Shown one piece after another: positions 28,367 through 37,712 of a stretch of DNA of 64,000 nucleotides. This DNA is from Dehalococcoidia bacterium. GTDB lineage: Bacteria; Chloroflexota; Dehalococcoidia; Plut-88900. The notes below the pieces were generated by a model. The model saw only the letters and a list, made by a program, of their open reading frames with translations. It was not told the DNA's origin and did no database searches. Made by a program: the position numbers and the translations under genes. Numbering within the stretch: the stretch's first letter is position 1; every line of letters begins with the position of its first letter. Where the stretch lies: positions 186,239 through 250,238 of the forward strand of contig CBDBLV010000001.1 of NCBI GenBank assembly GCA_965207225.1, read 5' to 3'.

Positions 28367-29524
28367 ATGGACGTATCTAAGATAAGGGCCCAGATACCGG
28401 TTTGTAGTAACTTGACATATCTGAACACTGGCTGGTCCGGGCCGTCTCCCCAGCCGGTGATAGATGCAATCAAGGCAAGGGTAGAGTACGAAGCGGCAGA
28501 AGGCCCGACCAGCAAGCCCGTCCGGGAGTCGGTCCAGGTCATCGAGGACGATACGCGGCAAGCTGCAGCAACCCTCCTGAACGTCACCCCCGACGACCTC
28601 TGCCTCACCCAGAACACCACCGAGGGCCTGAACATCGTGATGGCCGGTTTCCCGTGGCAGCAAGGCGACGAGATAATCACCTTTGATATCGAACACCTCT
28701 CTGTAATGATCCCCTGCCTTTACGCAGAGAAGAGGTACGGCGCAAAGGTGCGGGTGGTGGAACTCGCAACCAACGACGACTGGGACACGATCCTGAGCAA
28801 GATAGAGGCCCAGATAAACTCCCGCACCCGGATGATCGCCTTCAGCCACATCCAGTTCTCCTGCGGCCTTCGCATGCCCCTGGAGGGCATCCGAGCCCTG
28901 ACCCGGGACAAGGGCATTTACATGCTGGTCGACGGAGCCCAGACGCCGGGGCACATAGCCCTGGACCTTTCGGGTTGGGACGTGGACTTCTACGCAACCC
29001 CCGGCCACAAGTGGATGCTCGGCCCCGAGGGCACGGGCGCCCTGTACATCAAGAGGGAACACATCGAGATGATTAACCCTTCGTACGTCGGGCACAGCGC
29101 GGTCGACCCCGAGAAGAAGCCCCTGGAATTTGACCTGTCCGGCATGTCAAAGTTCAACGTTAGCACAACCAGCACGGCCCTGATTGCCGGGTACCGGGCA
29201 GCCATCGGTTTCATCAGCGATGCGGACCCTGCGGACATCGAGGCCCGGACCGTGATGCTCTCCGGCTACCTCAAGCAGAAGCTGCTGGAGCGCGATGGAT
29301 TCGAGGTTCTGTCTCCCCTGGAAGGCCCCGGGGTCTGCGGTTTGACTTCCTTCCGGGCAAGGGGAGCTGACTACCAGGACGTAGTAGACAGGCTGTGGGG
29401 AGAGCACAGGATCGTAGCTAGGCCCGTTGGGGGCGTGGAGTGCGTCCGCGTCGCCTCAGACTTCTTCAACACGGAAGAAGAGCTCGACAAGCTGGTCGAC
29501 GCCCTTTCGGGTATGGTTGCCTAG
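28367..29524 (+). CDS. Class V PLP-dependent enzyme
   Basis: YLNTG, NTTEG, EH, DGAQ, GHKWMLGPEG. Confidence 0.9.
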   Translation: MDVSKIRAQIPVCSNLTYLNTGWSGPSPQPVIDAIKARVEYEAAEGPTSKPVRESVQVIEDDTRQAAATLLNVTPDDLCLTQNTTEGLNIVMAGFPWQQGDEIITFDIEHLSVMIPCLYAEKRYGAKVRVVELATNDDWDTILSKIEAQINSRTRMIAFSHIQFSCGLRMPLEGIRALTRDKGIYMLVDGAQTPGHIALDLSGWDVDFYATPGHKWMLGPEGTGALYIKREHIEMINPSYVGHSAVDPEKKPLEFDLSGMSKFNVSTTSTALIAGYRAAIGFISDADPADIEARTVMLSGYLKQKLLERDGFEVLSPLEGPGVCGLTSFRARGADYQDVVDRLWGEHRIVARPVGGVECVRVASDFFNTEEELDKLVDALSGMVA

Positions 29525-30786
29525 ACGGTAAGTCTGCGCTCGACTAGCTGTCCCCGTTTGAAGACGGCCGCAACGTTGGCCAGGCTGCTGGGGTCAGCCA
29601 AAGGGTCGCCGTTGACGACGAGGACGTCGGCCTGCTTCCCGGCCTCCAGGGTCCCGACCCTGTCAATGATGTTCAGCGCCCTTGCTGCCTCGCTGGTGCC
29701 CGACATCAGGGCCTCCATGTTTGTAAGTCCTGCCCTGGCCAGGGCCTCGACCTCTCTCACGAAATAGCCAAAGGGGTATGCGCCCCAGCCGCAGTCCGAC
29801 CCTGCCACGAATTTGCCGCCCATGTCCCTCAGGCGTCCGCATTCGTCTATCCGCTCTTGGATGGCCCGCTCGCCCTTGGCGACTTCCTGATTTTCTTCCT
29901 CGGTCAGCTCCTGGCCCTCGGCTTTCTCCCTCAGGAGCCTGAGCCTCGACTCCCAGATGGCGAGGGTAGGGTTATTCCAGACACCGTTCTCCACCAGCTT
30001 CTCGGCTACGGCCTCATCAAACTGATAGCTCTCGTCGGGAGCGGCGAAGACGCAGTGTGCAATCATGGAAAACCCGGCTTCAACGGCCATGTTTATGCCG
30101 GCGGAGCACCGTGCGTGCCCCACGGTATAAACCCCCGCCTCCCGGGCAGCGCCCGTGATAGCCTGCAGCTCTTCCAGGCGGAATGCCGCCGCATAGGGCT
30201 GGCTCCCGAGGGTGCTTCCTCCCGTGGTCATGGCCTTCAGGAAGTCGGCGCCCGCGGCCAGGTGCTCTCCGGCCTTCGCCCGTGCCTCCCCGGGCCCCGA
30301 CACTTCCGATCCCATGAACCAGCAGTGGCCCTTTCGGATGGTGATGGGGTTGCCGCAGGCCAGCACGTCGGCCCCTGCAACAATGCCCGCCGCTAAGTCG
30401 GCCTTTAACCGGAATCCCAGGTCATTCCACGCACCATTGTCACAAAGCGTCGTGACGCCTGTCTCCAGGGCAATACGTACGTTTCTATAGGAGCGGTATA
30501 AACGTAGTTCGTCATCATCATGGGCGTTGACGTCTTCGCCACGTCGGCTGTTGCCGGGCATGTTGGTATGGGTGTGACAGTCGATAAGTCCCGGCACAAC
30601 GGAAGCGCCCGGATATTCGAGGACCTGCGCGTTCGCGGCTGCACGGGCCTCGCCCTTGCGCATAACACCCTTAATCGAATCGCCTTCCAAGACCAGCGCC
30701 GACTCCTTGTCCGCCGCACCGCCGAGGCCATCTATGATGCGGTCCGCAACTATGATTGTTTTGGATTTTCCATCTTTGTCAGGCAA
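29521..30786 (-). CDS. Metal-dependent amidohydrolase (prolidase/imidazolonepropionase-like)
   Basis: PGLIDCHTH, GADFLK, GSDCG, GKQAD; TTG after GGAGG. Confidence 0.88.
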   Translation of the reverse strand: MPDKDGKSKTIIVADRIIDGLGGAADKESALVLEGDSIKGVMRKGEARAAANAQVLEYPGASVVPGLIDCHTHTNMPGNSRRGEDVNAHDDDELRLYRSYRNVRIALETGVTTLCDNGAWNDLGFRLKADLAAGIVAGADVLACGNPITIRKGHCWFMGSEVSGPGEARAKAGEHLAAGADFLKAMTTGGSTLGSQPYAAAFRLEELQAITGAAREAGVYTVGHARCSAGINMAVEAGFSMIAHCVFAAPDESYQFDEAVAEKLVENGVWNNPTLAIWESRLRLLREKAEGQELTEEENQEVAKGERAIQERIDECGRLRDMGGKFVAGSDCGWGAYPFGYFVREVEALARAGLTNMEALMSGTSEAARALNIIDRVGTLEAGKQADVLVVNGDPLADPSSLANVAAVFKRGQLVERRLTV

Positions 30787-30824
30787 TCGCGAATACCTCC
30801 GAATACGGCCTACTAGGCAGATGG

Positions 30825-30983
30825 TCAGCCGCGTTCCCCTTGTGTCTGCCGGTTTCTCGCGGCGTTTATCTGCCACTGGCGGTCCTGCAGCCAGAGCATG
30901 GTTACCGCCGCAGCTGCAATTCCCACAGCCGATACAGCCATGAGCCCAATAAATGCCAATGAGTACAAGACGAATTTGCCCAT
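30825..30983 (-). CDS. Small membrane protein, 52 aa
   Basis: GGAGGAG RBS, ATG at 30983, single TM. Confidence 0.5.
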   Translation of the reverse strand: MGKFVLYSLAFIGLMAVSAVGIAAAAVTMLWLQDRQWQINAARNRQTQGERG

Positions 30984-31054
30984 CTCTCTCCTCCCTGGGG
31001 GCCCAGGTACTGGCGCCTCCCTTGAAGCGTCGGCATTCCGGCCTGTTGCACTGC

Positions 31055-31129
31055 TGGTCGGGGTGGCCGGATTTGAACCGGCGACCTCATGGTCCCAAAC
31101 CATGCGCGCTTCCCCTGCGCTACACCCCG
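31055..31129 (-). tRNA. tRNA-Pro(TGG)
   Basis: CGGGGTG acceptor, CATGG-TTTGGGA-CCATG anticodon arm, GTTCAAATCC T-arm, encoded CCA. Confidence 0.95.
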
Positions 31130-31268
31130 TTCTTTGAAATCATATTCCCGCCCCCTATGACGGTCAAGAACCGAATGCCACACTTCCGGGTGCGTGGACA
31201 TGCAATTGGCATGTACTTAGAATTGGCACTAGGGGTTGAAGTTATTCGGGCATGCAGGGCGCAAGACC

Positions 31269-31409
31269 ATGAAAAACCGCAAGATATTGCTGGTATTCGG
31301 GGCGTTCCTGCTAGCTGTCGTGCTGAGCCTGATTGTGAGGTTGCTGGACGCCCGCAAGGTAAAGGACTGCCGGGATTCGCCTGGTGCCGCTTCGAGATCA
31401 GACGGATAA
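31269..31409 (+). CDS. Possible small membrane protein, 46 aa
   Basis: MKNRKILLVFGAFLLAVVLSLIVRLL: basic N-terminus plus TM. Confidence 0.35.
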   Translation: MKNRKILLVFGAFLLAVVLSLIVRLLDARKVKDCRDSPGAASRSDG

Positions 31410-32117
31410 ATCTCTCCTGGAGAATATCGCCAGCGCTATGGCATGTCCCCCCACGGTGATCCCCGCGAGAATTGCTATGGCCGGCCAGCGCACCACCCCA
31501 TCTTGCATCAGCTGGACCGGGTCGTAGTAGTGAAAGATGGACATGTCGGCCAGCCAGGACATTCCTTCATAGCTGGACCCGATCACGTTCATAATGTAGC
31601 CGATGAAGGTAGCCAGTGCGCTGAACGCCAATGCGCTTCCCTGGGTTGAGCACCACGCAGATATCATTAGCGTATAGCTGTATACGGCCAGGACAAGCAG
31701 GAGTCCTATAGAGGCCGAGATGGTCAGATAGCCAACTTTGAGGTCCGATTCCACAATGCCTCCCGCCACGGCTGTGGAAAACCATCCGACGACCACCAGT
31801 CCCAGAAGGGCCAGGGCAAAGAAAATCGACTTTCCGAGGGCTATCTGATGGCGACGCATGGGAAGAGTCCCCAGTATCAAGAGCAGGTCATCACTGAGCC
31901 GGCGCGCCAGGCATCCTGAACCGAAAATCAGTGCGTAAAGGACCAGGTAGATTGGGACCGATCCCAGAGTGGGATAGGGCAGGAATGCCGTCTCCTGCTC
32001 GGCGATGCCGGGAGCCCAGAAAACTGATAGCGCTCCGAATACGAATAGCGCCAGCGCCCACGAAGCCAGGGCCAGCCTGCTCATCTTCAGGTGGAGAAGG
32101 AAAAGAGGGACATTCAT
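31398..32117 (-). CDS. ABC-2 type permease
   Basis: Six TM; SIFHYYDP and FSRRDL C-terminus. Confidence 0.85.
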   Translation of the reverse strand: MNVPLFLLHLKMSRLALASWALALFVFGALSVFWAPGIAEQETAFLPYPTLGSVPIYLVLYALIFGSGCLARRLSDDLLLILGTLPMRRHQIALGKSIFFALALLGLVVVGWFSTAVAGGIVESDLKVGYLTISASIGLLLVLAVYSYTLMISAWCSTQGSALAFSALATFIGYIMNVIGSSYEGMSWLADMSIFHYYDPVQLMQDGVVRWPAIAILAGITVGGHAIALAIFSRRDLSV

Positions 32118-33022
32118 ACGTAGGGCCCCGGGCCATGGCCGCGTACCATGTCCATCAATATGTCTTCGATAACGTCCTCCACGATCTCAACGTCTTCGAC
32201 TGAGAATTTCCCAAGCCTCTTGAGCAGGCTTCCCGCTTCGCCGTCGAGTGTTACGACCCACTCCCTGCCGTTCCGGCTGACTACTGTCAAGTTGTGGGCA
32301 ATAAAATCCTGAAGCTCCACGTCTTCTCTAAAGACTATCTTCAGTCTCTTGCCGAGCTTTCTATTGAGCCTGCTAATGCTTCTGACGAAGGTCAATTCAC
32401 CGTTTACCAGGGTCCCGACCCTGTCACCGTGACGAGCCGCTATTCGTGGAGAATCGGTGGTGAGCAGGACTGTGATGCCATTTCGTCGCTCTTCTTCCAA
32501 CAGGTTGAAAACGACCCTGCGGGATGATTCGTCCAGATGATGGAACGGATTGTCGAGCAATAGAACCATGGGACTGTGCATCAAGGCCAGGACCCAGGCC
32601 AGACGGGTCACTTCGGCATCCGCAAGGTTGCCGATTTTTTCGGACTCGTTGATCTTGAGCCTCTCCACCAATTCCGAACGTCGGGGGCCTTCGGACCTGA
32701 AGGCTGCCAGGCTAAGGTCCATGTACTCCCGACCTGTGAGGCCCGGGTAGAATCGCTGGCTTCCCAACACGCAGCCGACTCTCTTTCTCACTTCGACGGA
32801 TTCCGACGAGCAATCGAATCCCAGGATTTCAGCATTGCCGCGCGTTGGTCGCTTGAGGCCCAATAGAAGGTGGAACAGGGTGGTCATGCCTGAGCCGCTC
32901 GGGCCGAGGATGGTAAAAGTCTCACCCTCGATGACTTCGAAGTAGACGCCTTCCAAGGCCACGACGTTGCCGAAGTGCTTGGTAAGATCGTGGGTCTGAA
33001 TTATGGGCTGTCTCCTGGACAT
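32114..33022 (-). CDS. ABC ATP-binding-like protein with degenerate motifs
   Basis: ABC fold recognisable, but GPSGSGMT, LADAE, LLLDNP, TTDS. Confidence 0.8.
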   Translation of the reverse strand: MSRRQPIIQTHDLTKHFGNVVALEGVYFEVIEGETFTILGPSGSGMTTLFHLLLGLKRPTRGNAEILGFDCSSESVEVRKRVGCVLGSQRFYPGLTGREYMDLSLAAFRSEGPRRSELVERLKINESEKIGNLADAEVTRLAWVLALMHSPMVLLLDNPFHHLDESSRRVVFNLLEEERRNGITVLLTTDSPRIAARHGDRVGTLVNGELTFVRSISRLNRKLGKRLKIVFREDVELQDFIAHNLTVVSRNGREWVVTLDGEAGSLLKRLGKFSVEDVEIVEDVIEDILMDMVRGHGPGPYV

Positions 33023-33074
33023 ATCCGGTGGAATTGTATCGCTTTTGCCCGAGCCCCGCCGCTAGGATTCGGTG

Positions 33075-35648
33075 TCAGTTCACTGAGAAGAAGGATCCCT
33101 GCTCCGTTTTGACAACCTGGATACGGGCGGGAAAGGCCTCTTTGAGTTCGTCGATGTGGGTTATCACGATTATGCGGTCGAAGTCTTCCTGTATTGAGTA
33201 GATGGCGTCCAGCAGCTTCTCACGCCCCGACCCATCCTGGGTGCCGAAGCCTTCGTCGATAAACAGGACCCTGAGCGGCGCGCCGGCCCGTCGGGTGAGC
33301 AGCCGAGATATTGCGACCCGCAGGGCGAAATTTATTCGGAAAGCTTCGCCGCCGCTGAACATTTCGTAGGGCCGGGCCCCGAGCTCGTCGGCGATGTTAA
33401 TGTCCAGGGTCTCGATGGAGCCTCCGGTGCGCCTTTCCCTCTGGGTCTCGATTTTCACGTGCATCCGGTTGTCTGTCATGCGGCTCAGGAGCCGGTTGGC
33501 CTCTTCCTCGATATCAGGGAGAACGGTCTCGATGATCAGGGCCTGGACACCGCCTTTACCGAAGGCCCGGGCCAGCTCGCCATAGCTCCCCATTTCCCTG
33601 CTAGCGCGGTTCAATCGAGTCCGCAGTACCCCGGCCTTCTCCTCCAATGCGCGAATGTTCTGGATTCGCTCTCGAAGACCGGCGAGACGGTCACGACGCT
33701 CCCTCAATGCCCGGTTGACGTTGTCCAGTACGGACTCAGTTTCTCTTAGACGCTGAACAATTCCCGGGAGTTGAGATGCTTGCTCTTCTATCTTCTTTAT
33801 GGTGTTCCTGTCACCTTCCAGACGGAACTGCAGTTCTTCAATGCGGTCTTGGGAGGTCTGAATGTCCTGTCGCGTCTCGTCGCTCCTGGCGCGAGCCTCC
33901 TGCAGCTTGAGCCACGAAATGTCGACGCCCTGGAGGGACTGGACCTCTTTGGAAGTCCTGAGATGGGCGTCGGGATCATAGGCAAGAATCTCCAGTTTTC
34001 TGTTCAGCTCGTCGATGCTGCTGCGCACATCCCGGCCGAACGATTCATCGGCCAATGCAGACGCCAGCGCCTCAAGCTCGTCAGTCAAAGGTGCAAGTTG
34101 CGCCGAGGCCAATTCACCCTCTTTAACGTCCCTCTCAAGAACTGCCACCCTGGCCTGAAGGTCGCGTCGCTTCTCCTCTGCGAGTGTTTGAGACTTCCTC
34201 AGCTCCGATCGACCCGAATCCCGTGCCGCTGCCAGTTTAGTGATTTCTGCCTTGTTATGGTCAAACCTGCGGCGCCTTTCCGCGCCCTCCGAGTTGAGCG
34301 CGGACCTTACGTGTTCGATGCCCACCTCTGCTAGGGAGGTGCCGCACGTTGGGCACTGCGAGACTCCCTCCGCTAACAGGTCGACCTTCTTCCGCAGCTC
34401 CTTCATCTCTTCTACCAGGTTTCGGTTCTGCGACTCCAGGGACCCTATTTGCACTGAGATCTCCTCGACCCTCTGGGACTCCTGGCCAAGTTCCAGCAGC
34501 TGCTCATCGACGTCGACCAGTTGGACCGCGCTCTCGGCCAAGCCCTCTTCCGACGCCCCAATTCTTGACGCCTTCTCTTCCAAAGCTCGGGACTCGGCCT
34601 TTATCCGCTCCAGCCTTGCGGTAAGAGTCGCCTTTTCGGCATCCAGCTGCCGTTCGAGCTTGAAGCGCTGGTCTGTAAGGAGACCCTGTTGCATCAGCGC
34701 GTCCGAGAGGCGTTTTTCCTGCTCCATCGCCTTTTGGAACTGAGCGTACTTCTCCTCAAGGACATCGGATTGGCTTATGAGGCGGTCATATTCGGCGAGC
34801 CGGGTCTTGTAGCGATCAATGTCTGCCTGGGTTCGGGAGAGGTCATCTTCGATCCCTTGCAGCCGAGCCCTGAGGCTTTCCAATTCCGACACAGTCGCCT
34901 CGATGCGAATCTTGTGGATTGTCAGGTCTTGCACTGCTCTTCGCTGCTCAGCTTCACGCTCCTCCAGCTCCTCCACCTCACCGTTGAGAACATGGAAGTC
35001 GGCCTCCAGCGCGGGGCGAGTTCCTATCTCCACCTCGATTTCCCGCAGCGAATGCTCGTACTGGGCGGCTTCTCTCTCCCGGTCCCGGGCCTTCTGCCTG
35101 GAAAGGCTCTCCAGTTCGTCGTAGAAGGAAAGGTCAAGGATGTCGGCCAGCACTTCCTTGCGTTCCCTGGGTGTACGCAAGGTGAACTCGTCCGCCCGAC
35201 CCTGTCGGAGGAAGGCGCTGTTGACGAAGGTGTCGTACTCCAGCCGGATGAGGCGGTTGATCTGTACCTGGGTCTCGGCGATGGTGTTTCCGGTGATGGG
35301 CCTGAACGCACCTTCGCCCCCCGCCCCCGAGACCTGGAGCTCCAACACACTCGCCCCCGATCCCCGGCCTCGGGCCCGCTTCCGCTTGCGAATCACCCTG
35401 TAAACATCTTCCCCGTTGGAAAATTCCAGTTCGACCTCCATGTCGGACTCGCCAATGTGGATAAGGTCGTCGACTCCCCGTCCCCGCGCTTTTCCCCAAA
35501 GGGCCCAAGTCATGGCGTCCAGCAATGCCGATTTGCCGTGGCCGTTGTCGCCGCAGATGCAGGCTACGTGGATTCCCTCCAGGGGGAGCGGCTCCGGGAC
35601 ATCCCGGTAGCACATGAAGTTCTTGACCCGGAGTTTGAGGGGTATCAA
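33075..35648 (-). CDS. sbcC: SbcC/Rad50 SMC-family ATPase
   Basis: GDNGHGKS, LRQG, CPTCG zinc hook, FSGGE, FIDEGFGTQD, ITH. Confidence 0.92.
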   Translation of the reverse strand: MIPLKLRVKNFMCYRDVPEPLPLEGIHVACICGDNGHGKSALLDAMTWALWGKARGRGVDDLIHIGESDMEVELEFSNGEDVYRVIRKRKRARGRGSGASVLELQVSGAGGEGAFRPITGNTIAETQVQINRLIRLEYDTFVNSAFLRQGRADEFTLRTPRERKEVLADILDLSFYDELESLSRQKARDREREAAQYEHSLREIEVEIGTRPALEADFHVLNGEVEELEEREAEQRRAVQDLTIHKIRIEATVSELESLRARLQGIEDDLSRTQADIDRYKTRLAEYDRLISQSDVLEEKYAQFQKAMEQEKRLSDALMQQGLLTDQRFKLERQLDAEKATLTARLERIKAESRALEEKASRIGASEEGLAESAVQLVDVDEQLLELGQESQRVEEISVQIGSLESQNRNLVEEMKELRKKVDLLAEGVSQCPTCGTSLAEVGIEHVRSALNSEGAERRRRFDHNKAEITKLAAARDSGRSELRKSQTLAEEKRRDLQARVAVLERDVKEGELASAQLAPLTDELEALASALADESFGRDVRSSIDELNRKLEILAYDPDAHLRTSKEVQSLQGVDISWLKLQEARARSDETRQDIQTSQDRIEELQFRLEGDRNTIKKIEEQASQLPGIVQRLRETESVLDNVNRALRERRDRLAGLRERIQNIRALEEKAGVLRTRLNRASREMGSYGELARAFGKGGVQALIIETVLPDIEEEANRLLSRMTDNRMHVKIETQRERRTGGSIETLDINIADELGARPYEMFSGGEAFRINFALRVAISRLLTRRAGAPLRVLFIDEGFGTQDGSGREKLLDAIYSIQEDFDRIIVITHIDELKEAFPARIQVVKTEQGSFFSVN

Positions 35649-35694
35649 TTCTCTGGTCTCCGGTGATGCACCGAAAGGCCGGTGGCGGATAGCA

Positions 35695-36378
35695 TCAGTT
35701 AGGCTTGACTACTATCTTGCTCGCGGTATCCGTGCTGATCACGATCTCGTGGCGGTCAACTTCCAGGGTGATGGTGCCCTTAAAGTCCGCAACGTCCAGC
35801 ACTTTCATGGTCCAGGAGGGGGAGACGTTGTGCTCTTCCAGGTATTGCAGGAGTTCGACGTCCTCTTCCGGCACCCGTTTAACCGTTACCGTGGTGCCTT
35901 CTCTGACTTCATTCAGAGACTTGAGGTGGGAACGCACATGCTTTGTGTTCGCGTATCCTTCGCTGCCCGGTATCGGGTAGCCATGGGGGCAGGTCGTCGG
36001 GTTATTCAAAAGTGCGGCCAGCCCATCAGCGACTTCGTGGGAGATGCCGTGCTCAAGCCGGTGGGCTTCGGAGTAGGCTTCGTGCCAGGCAAAATTCAAA
36101 ACATCGGTTAGGAAGCGCTCCGCCAGCCTGTGACGACGGATCACCTCCTCAGCCAATTTGTTGCCGGAGACGGTCAAGGAAATCACCTTCTTCCGGGAGA
36201 CCTTGATAAGCCCGTCCCGAGCCATCCTCCTGACGGTGCCGAAGGCGGTCGCGGGAGAAACCCCGAGGGTCTCGGCAAGGCGCGCGGAAATTACGGGCTT
36301 TCCTTCCTCCGTAAACCTGAAAACGGTGGTCAGGAAATCATCCGTCGCGACAGACGTCGGTTTTGCAACTCCCGCCAT
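35695..36378 (-). CDS. DtxR/MntR metal-dependent repressor with FeoA domain
   Basis: IRRHRLAERFL, EAHRLEH, CPHGYPIP. Confidence 0.95.
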   Translation of the reverse strand: MAGVAKPTSVATDDFLTTVFRFTEEGKPVISARLAETLGVSPATAFGTVRRMARDGLIKVSRKKVISLTVSGNKLAEEVIRRHRLAERFLTDVLNFAWHEAYSEAHRLEHGISHEVADGLAALLNNPTTCPHGYPIPGSEGYANTKHVRSHLKSLNEVREGTTVTVKRVPEEDVELLQYLEEHNVSPSWTMKVLDVADFKGTITLEVDRHEIVISTDTASKIVVKPN

Positions 36379-36472
36379 GAACTTCTCTTTAGCGTCTCAC
36401 CGGTCTCACCCGACCTCAATCTTAAGTGCTGGCAATCGTGCAAATTCGCACGAAAATTGCCCTGCAAAGGTG

Positions 36473-36503
36473 TTGACGTACTCTATAAATTAGTCTAGCC
36501 TAA
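36473..36503 (+). promoter_or_regulatory. Promoter with DtxR-family operator
   Basis: TTGACG-17nt-TAGCCT; near-palindrome TTAGTCTAGCCTAA (36490-36503) over the -10, between regulator and Fe ABC operon. Confidence 0.7.
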
Positions 36504-36574
36504 TCCACAACTTTTTGCGGTTGAACACCCTCATGGTGAAACACAAAGTAACGGAATTATAGCACGACCCCCTT

Positions 36575-37705
36575 TTGAACATTCCCAATGAAGAAGGGAC
36601 GACAACCTCCGTGAATCACGTAAGTTTCCATAAATCGGTAGCTCCCTTGGCCCCTCTGACCCTGCTGCTGGTGATCGTGGCCATGATCGCTTTGGCATGC
36701 GGTAGTGACCCGACTCCGACCCAGTCATCTCAGCCAGGCCCCACCCAAGCCCCCACAGTAGACGAATCTCAGGCCGACCCCGGAGAACTGGTCATTTACT
36801 CCGGCCGGGAGGAGGACCTGATTGGCCCGATAGTCGAACAGTTCGCGACCGCCACTGGAATAGACGTCAAGGTAAACTACGGCTCCAACGCCGCACTGGT
36901 GGCCACAATCCAGGAGGAAGGACAGAACAGCCCCGCGGACGTTTACTACGGCTCGGATCCCGGGTCCCTCGGCGCTCTGGAGACCAGGCTCCGAGCCCTG
37001 CCCGACTCCGTATTGGCAAAAGTCGACTCCAAGCTCTCATCCAGGCAAGGCAAATGGGTCGCAATTTCCGGGCGGGCTCGGACTGTCGTATACAACACTG
37101 AGGCCCTAACAGAGGCTGACCTTCCACCCTCCATCCTGGATTTCACCGAACCCCAGTGGAAAGGACGCATCGGCTGGGCCCCGACTAATGGCTCTTTCCA
37201 GGCCTTCGTCACGGCCCTGAGGTTAACTCAGGGTGAAGACGCTGCTAAGGCTTGGCTGGAAGGCATACAGGCCAACGAGCCTCGGGTCTACCCCAAGAAC
37301 ACCCCCATAGTCCAGGCCGCGGCCGACGGTGAGATAGACGTTGGGTTTGTTAACCACTACTACCTCTTCCGCTTCCTGGCCGAAGAAGGAGAAGGATTCC
37401 AGGCGCGGAACTACTACCCGACCGGTGGAGATGTTGGGTCGACGATATTGGTGTCAGGCGCAGGGATTCTCGATTCTTCCGAAAACGAGGCCAATGCACG
37501 CAGATTCATCGAGTTCCTGCTTTCGACGGTGAGCCAGCAGTACTTCGCAAGCCAGACCTTTGAATATCCGCTGGTGGAGGGAGTGAAGACTCACCCCGAG
37601 CTCCTGCCTCTCTCCGAGATCGACGTTCCGGATGTGGACCTCGGTTCACTCCAGGACCTGGAAGGCACGTTGGAGTTGTTAAGGGACACGGGGATAGTCC
37701 CTTAG
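36575..37705 (+). CDS. Fe3+ ABC substrate-binding lipoprotein (FbpA/AfuA-like)
   Basis: Lipobox IALAC; YSGR, EEGQNSPADV, VNHYY; true start may be downstream. Confidence 0.92.
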   Translation: MNIPNEEGTTTSVNHVSFHKSVAPLAPLTLLLVIVAMIALACGSDPTPTQSSQPGPTQAPTVDESQADPGELVIYSGREEDLIGPIVEQFATATGIDVKVNYGSNAALVATIQEEGQNSPADVYYGSDPGSLGALETRLRALPDSVLAKVDSKLSSRQGKWVAISGRARTVVYNTEALTEADLPPSILDFTEPQWKGRIGWAPTNGSFQAFVTALRLTQGEDAAKAWLEGIQANEPRVYPKNTPIVQAAADGEIDVGFVNHYYLFRFLAEEGEGFQARNYYPTGGDVGSTILVSGAGILDSSENEANARRFIEFLLSTVSQQYFASQTFEYPLVEGVKTHPELLPLSEIDVPDVDLGSLQDLEGTLELLRDTGIVP

Positions 37706-37712
37706 GCTTTCC

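Noticed and set aside
36501-36509. TAATCCACA DnaA-box-like site
   Set aside because: Isolated, one mismatch, better explained by the DtxR-regulated promoter
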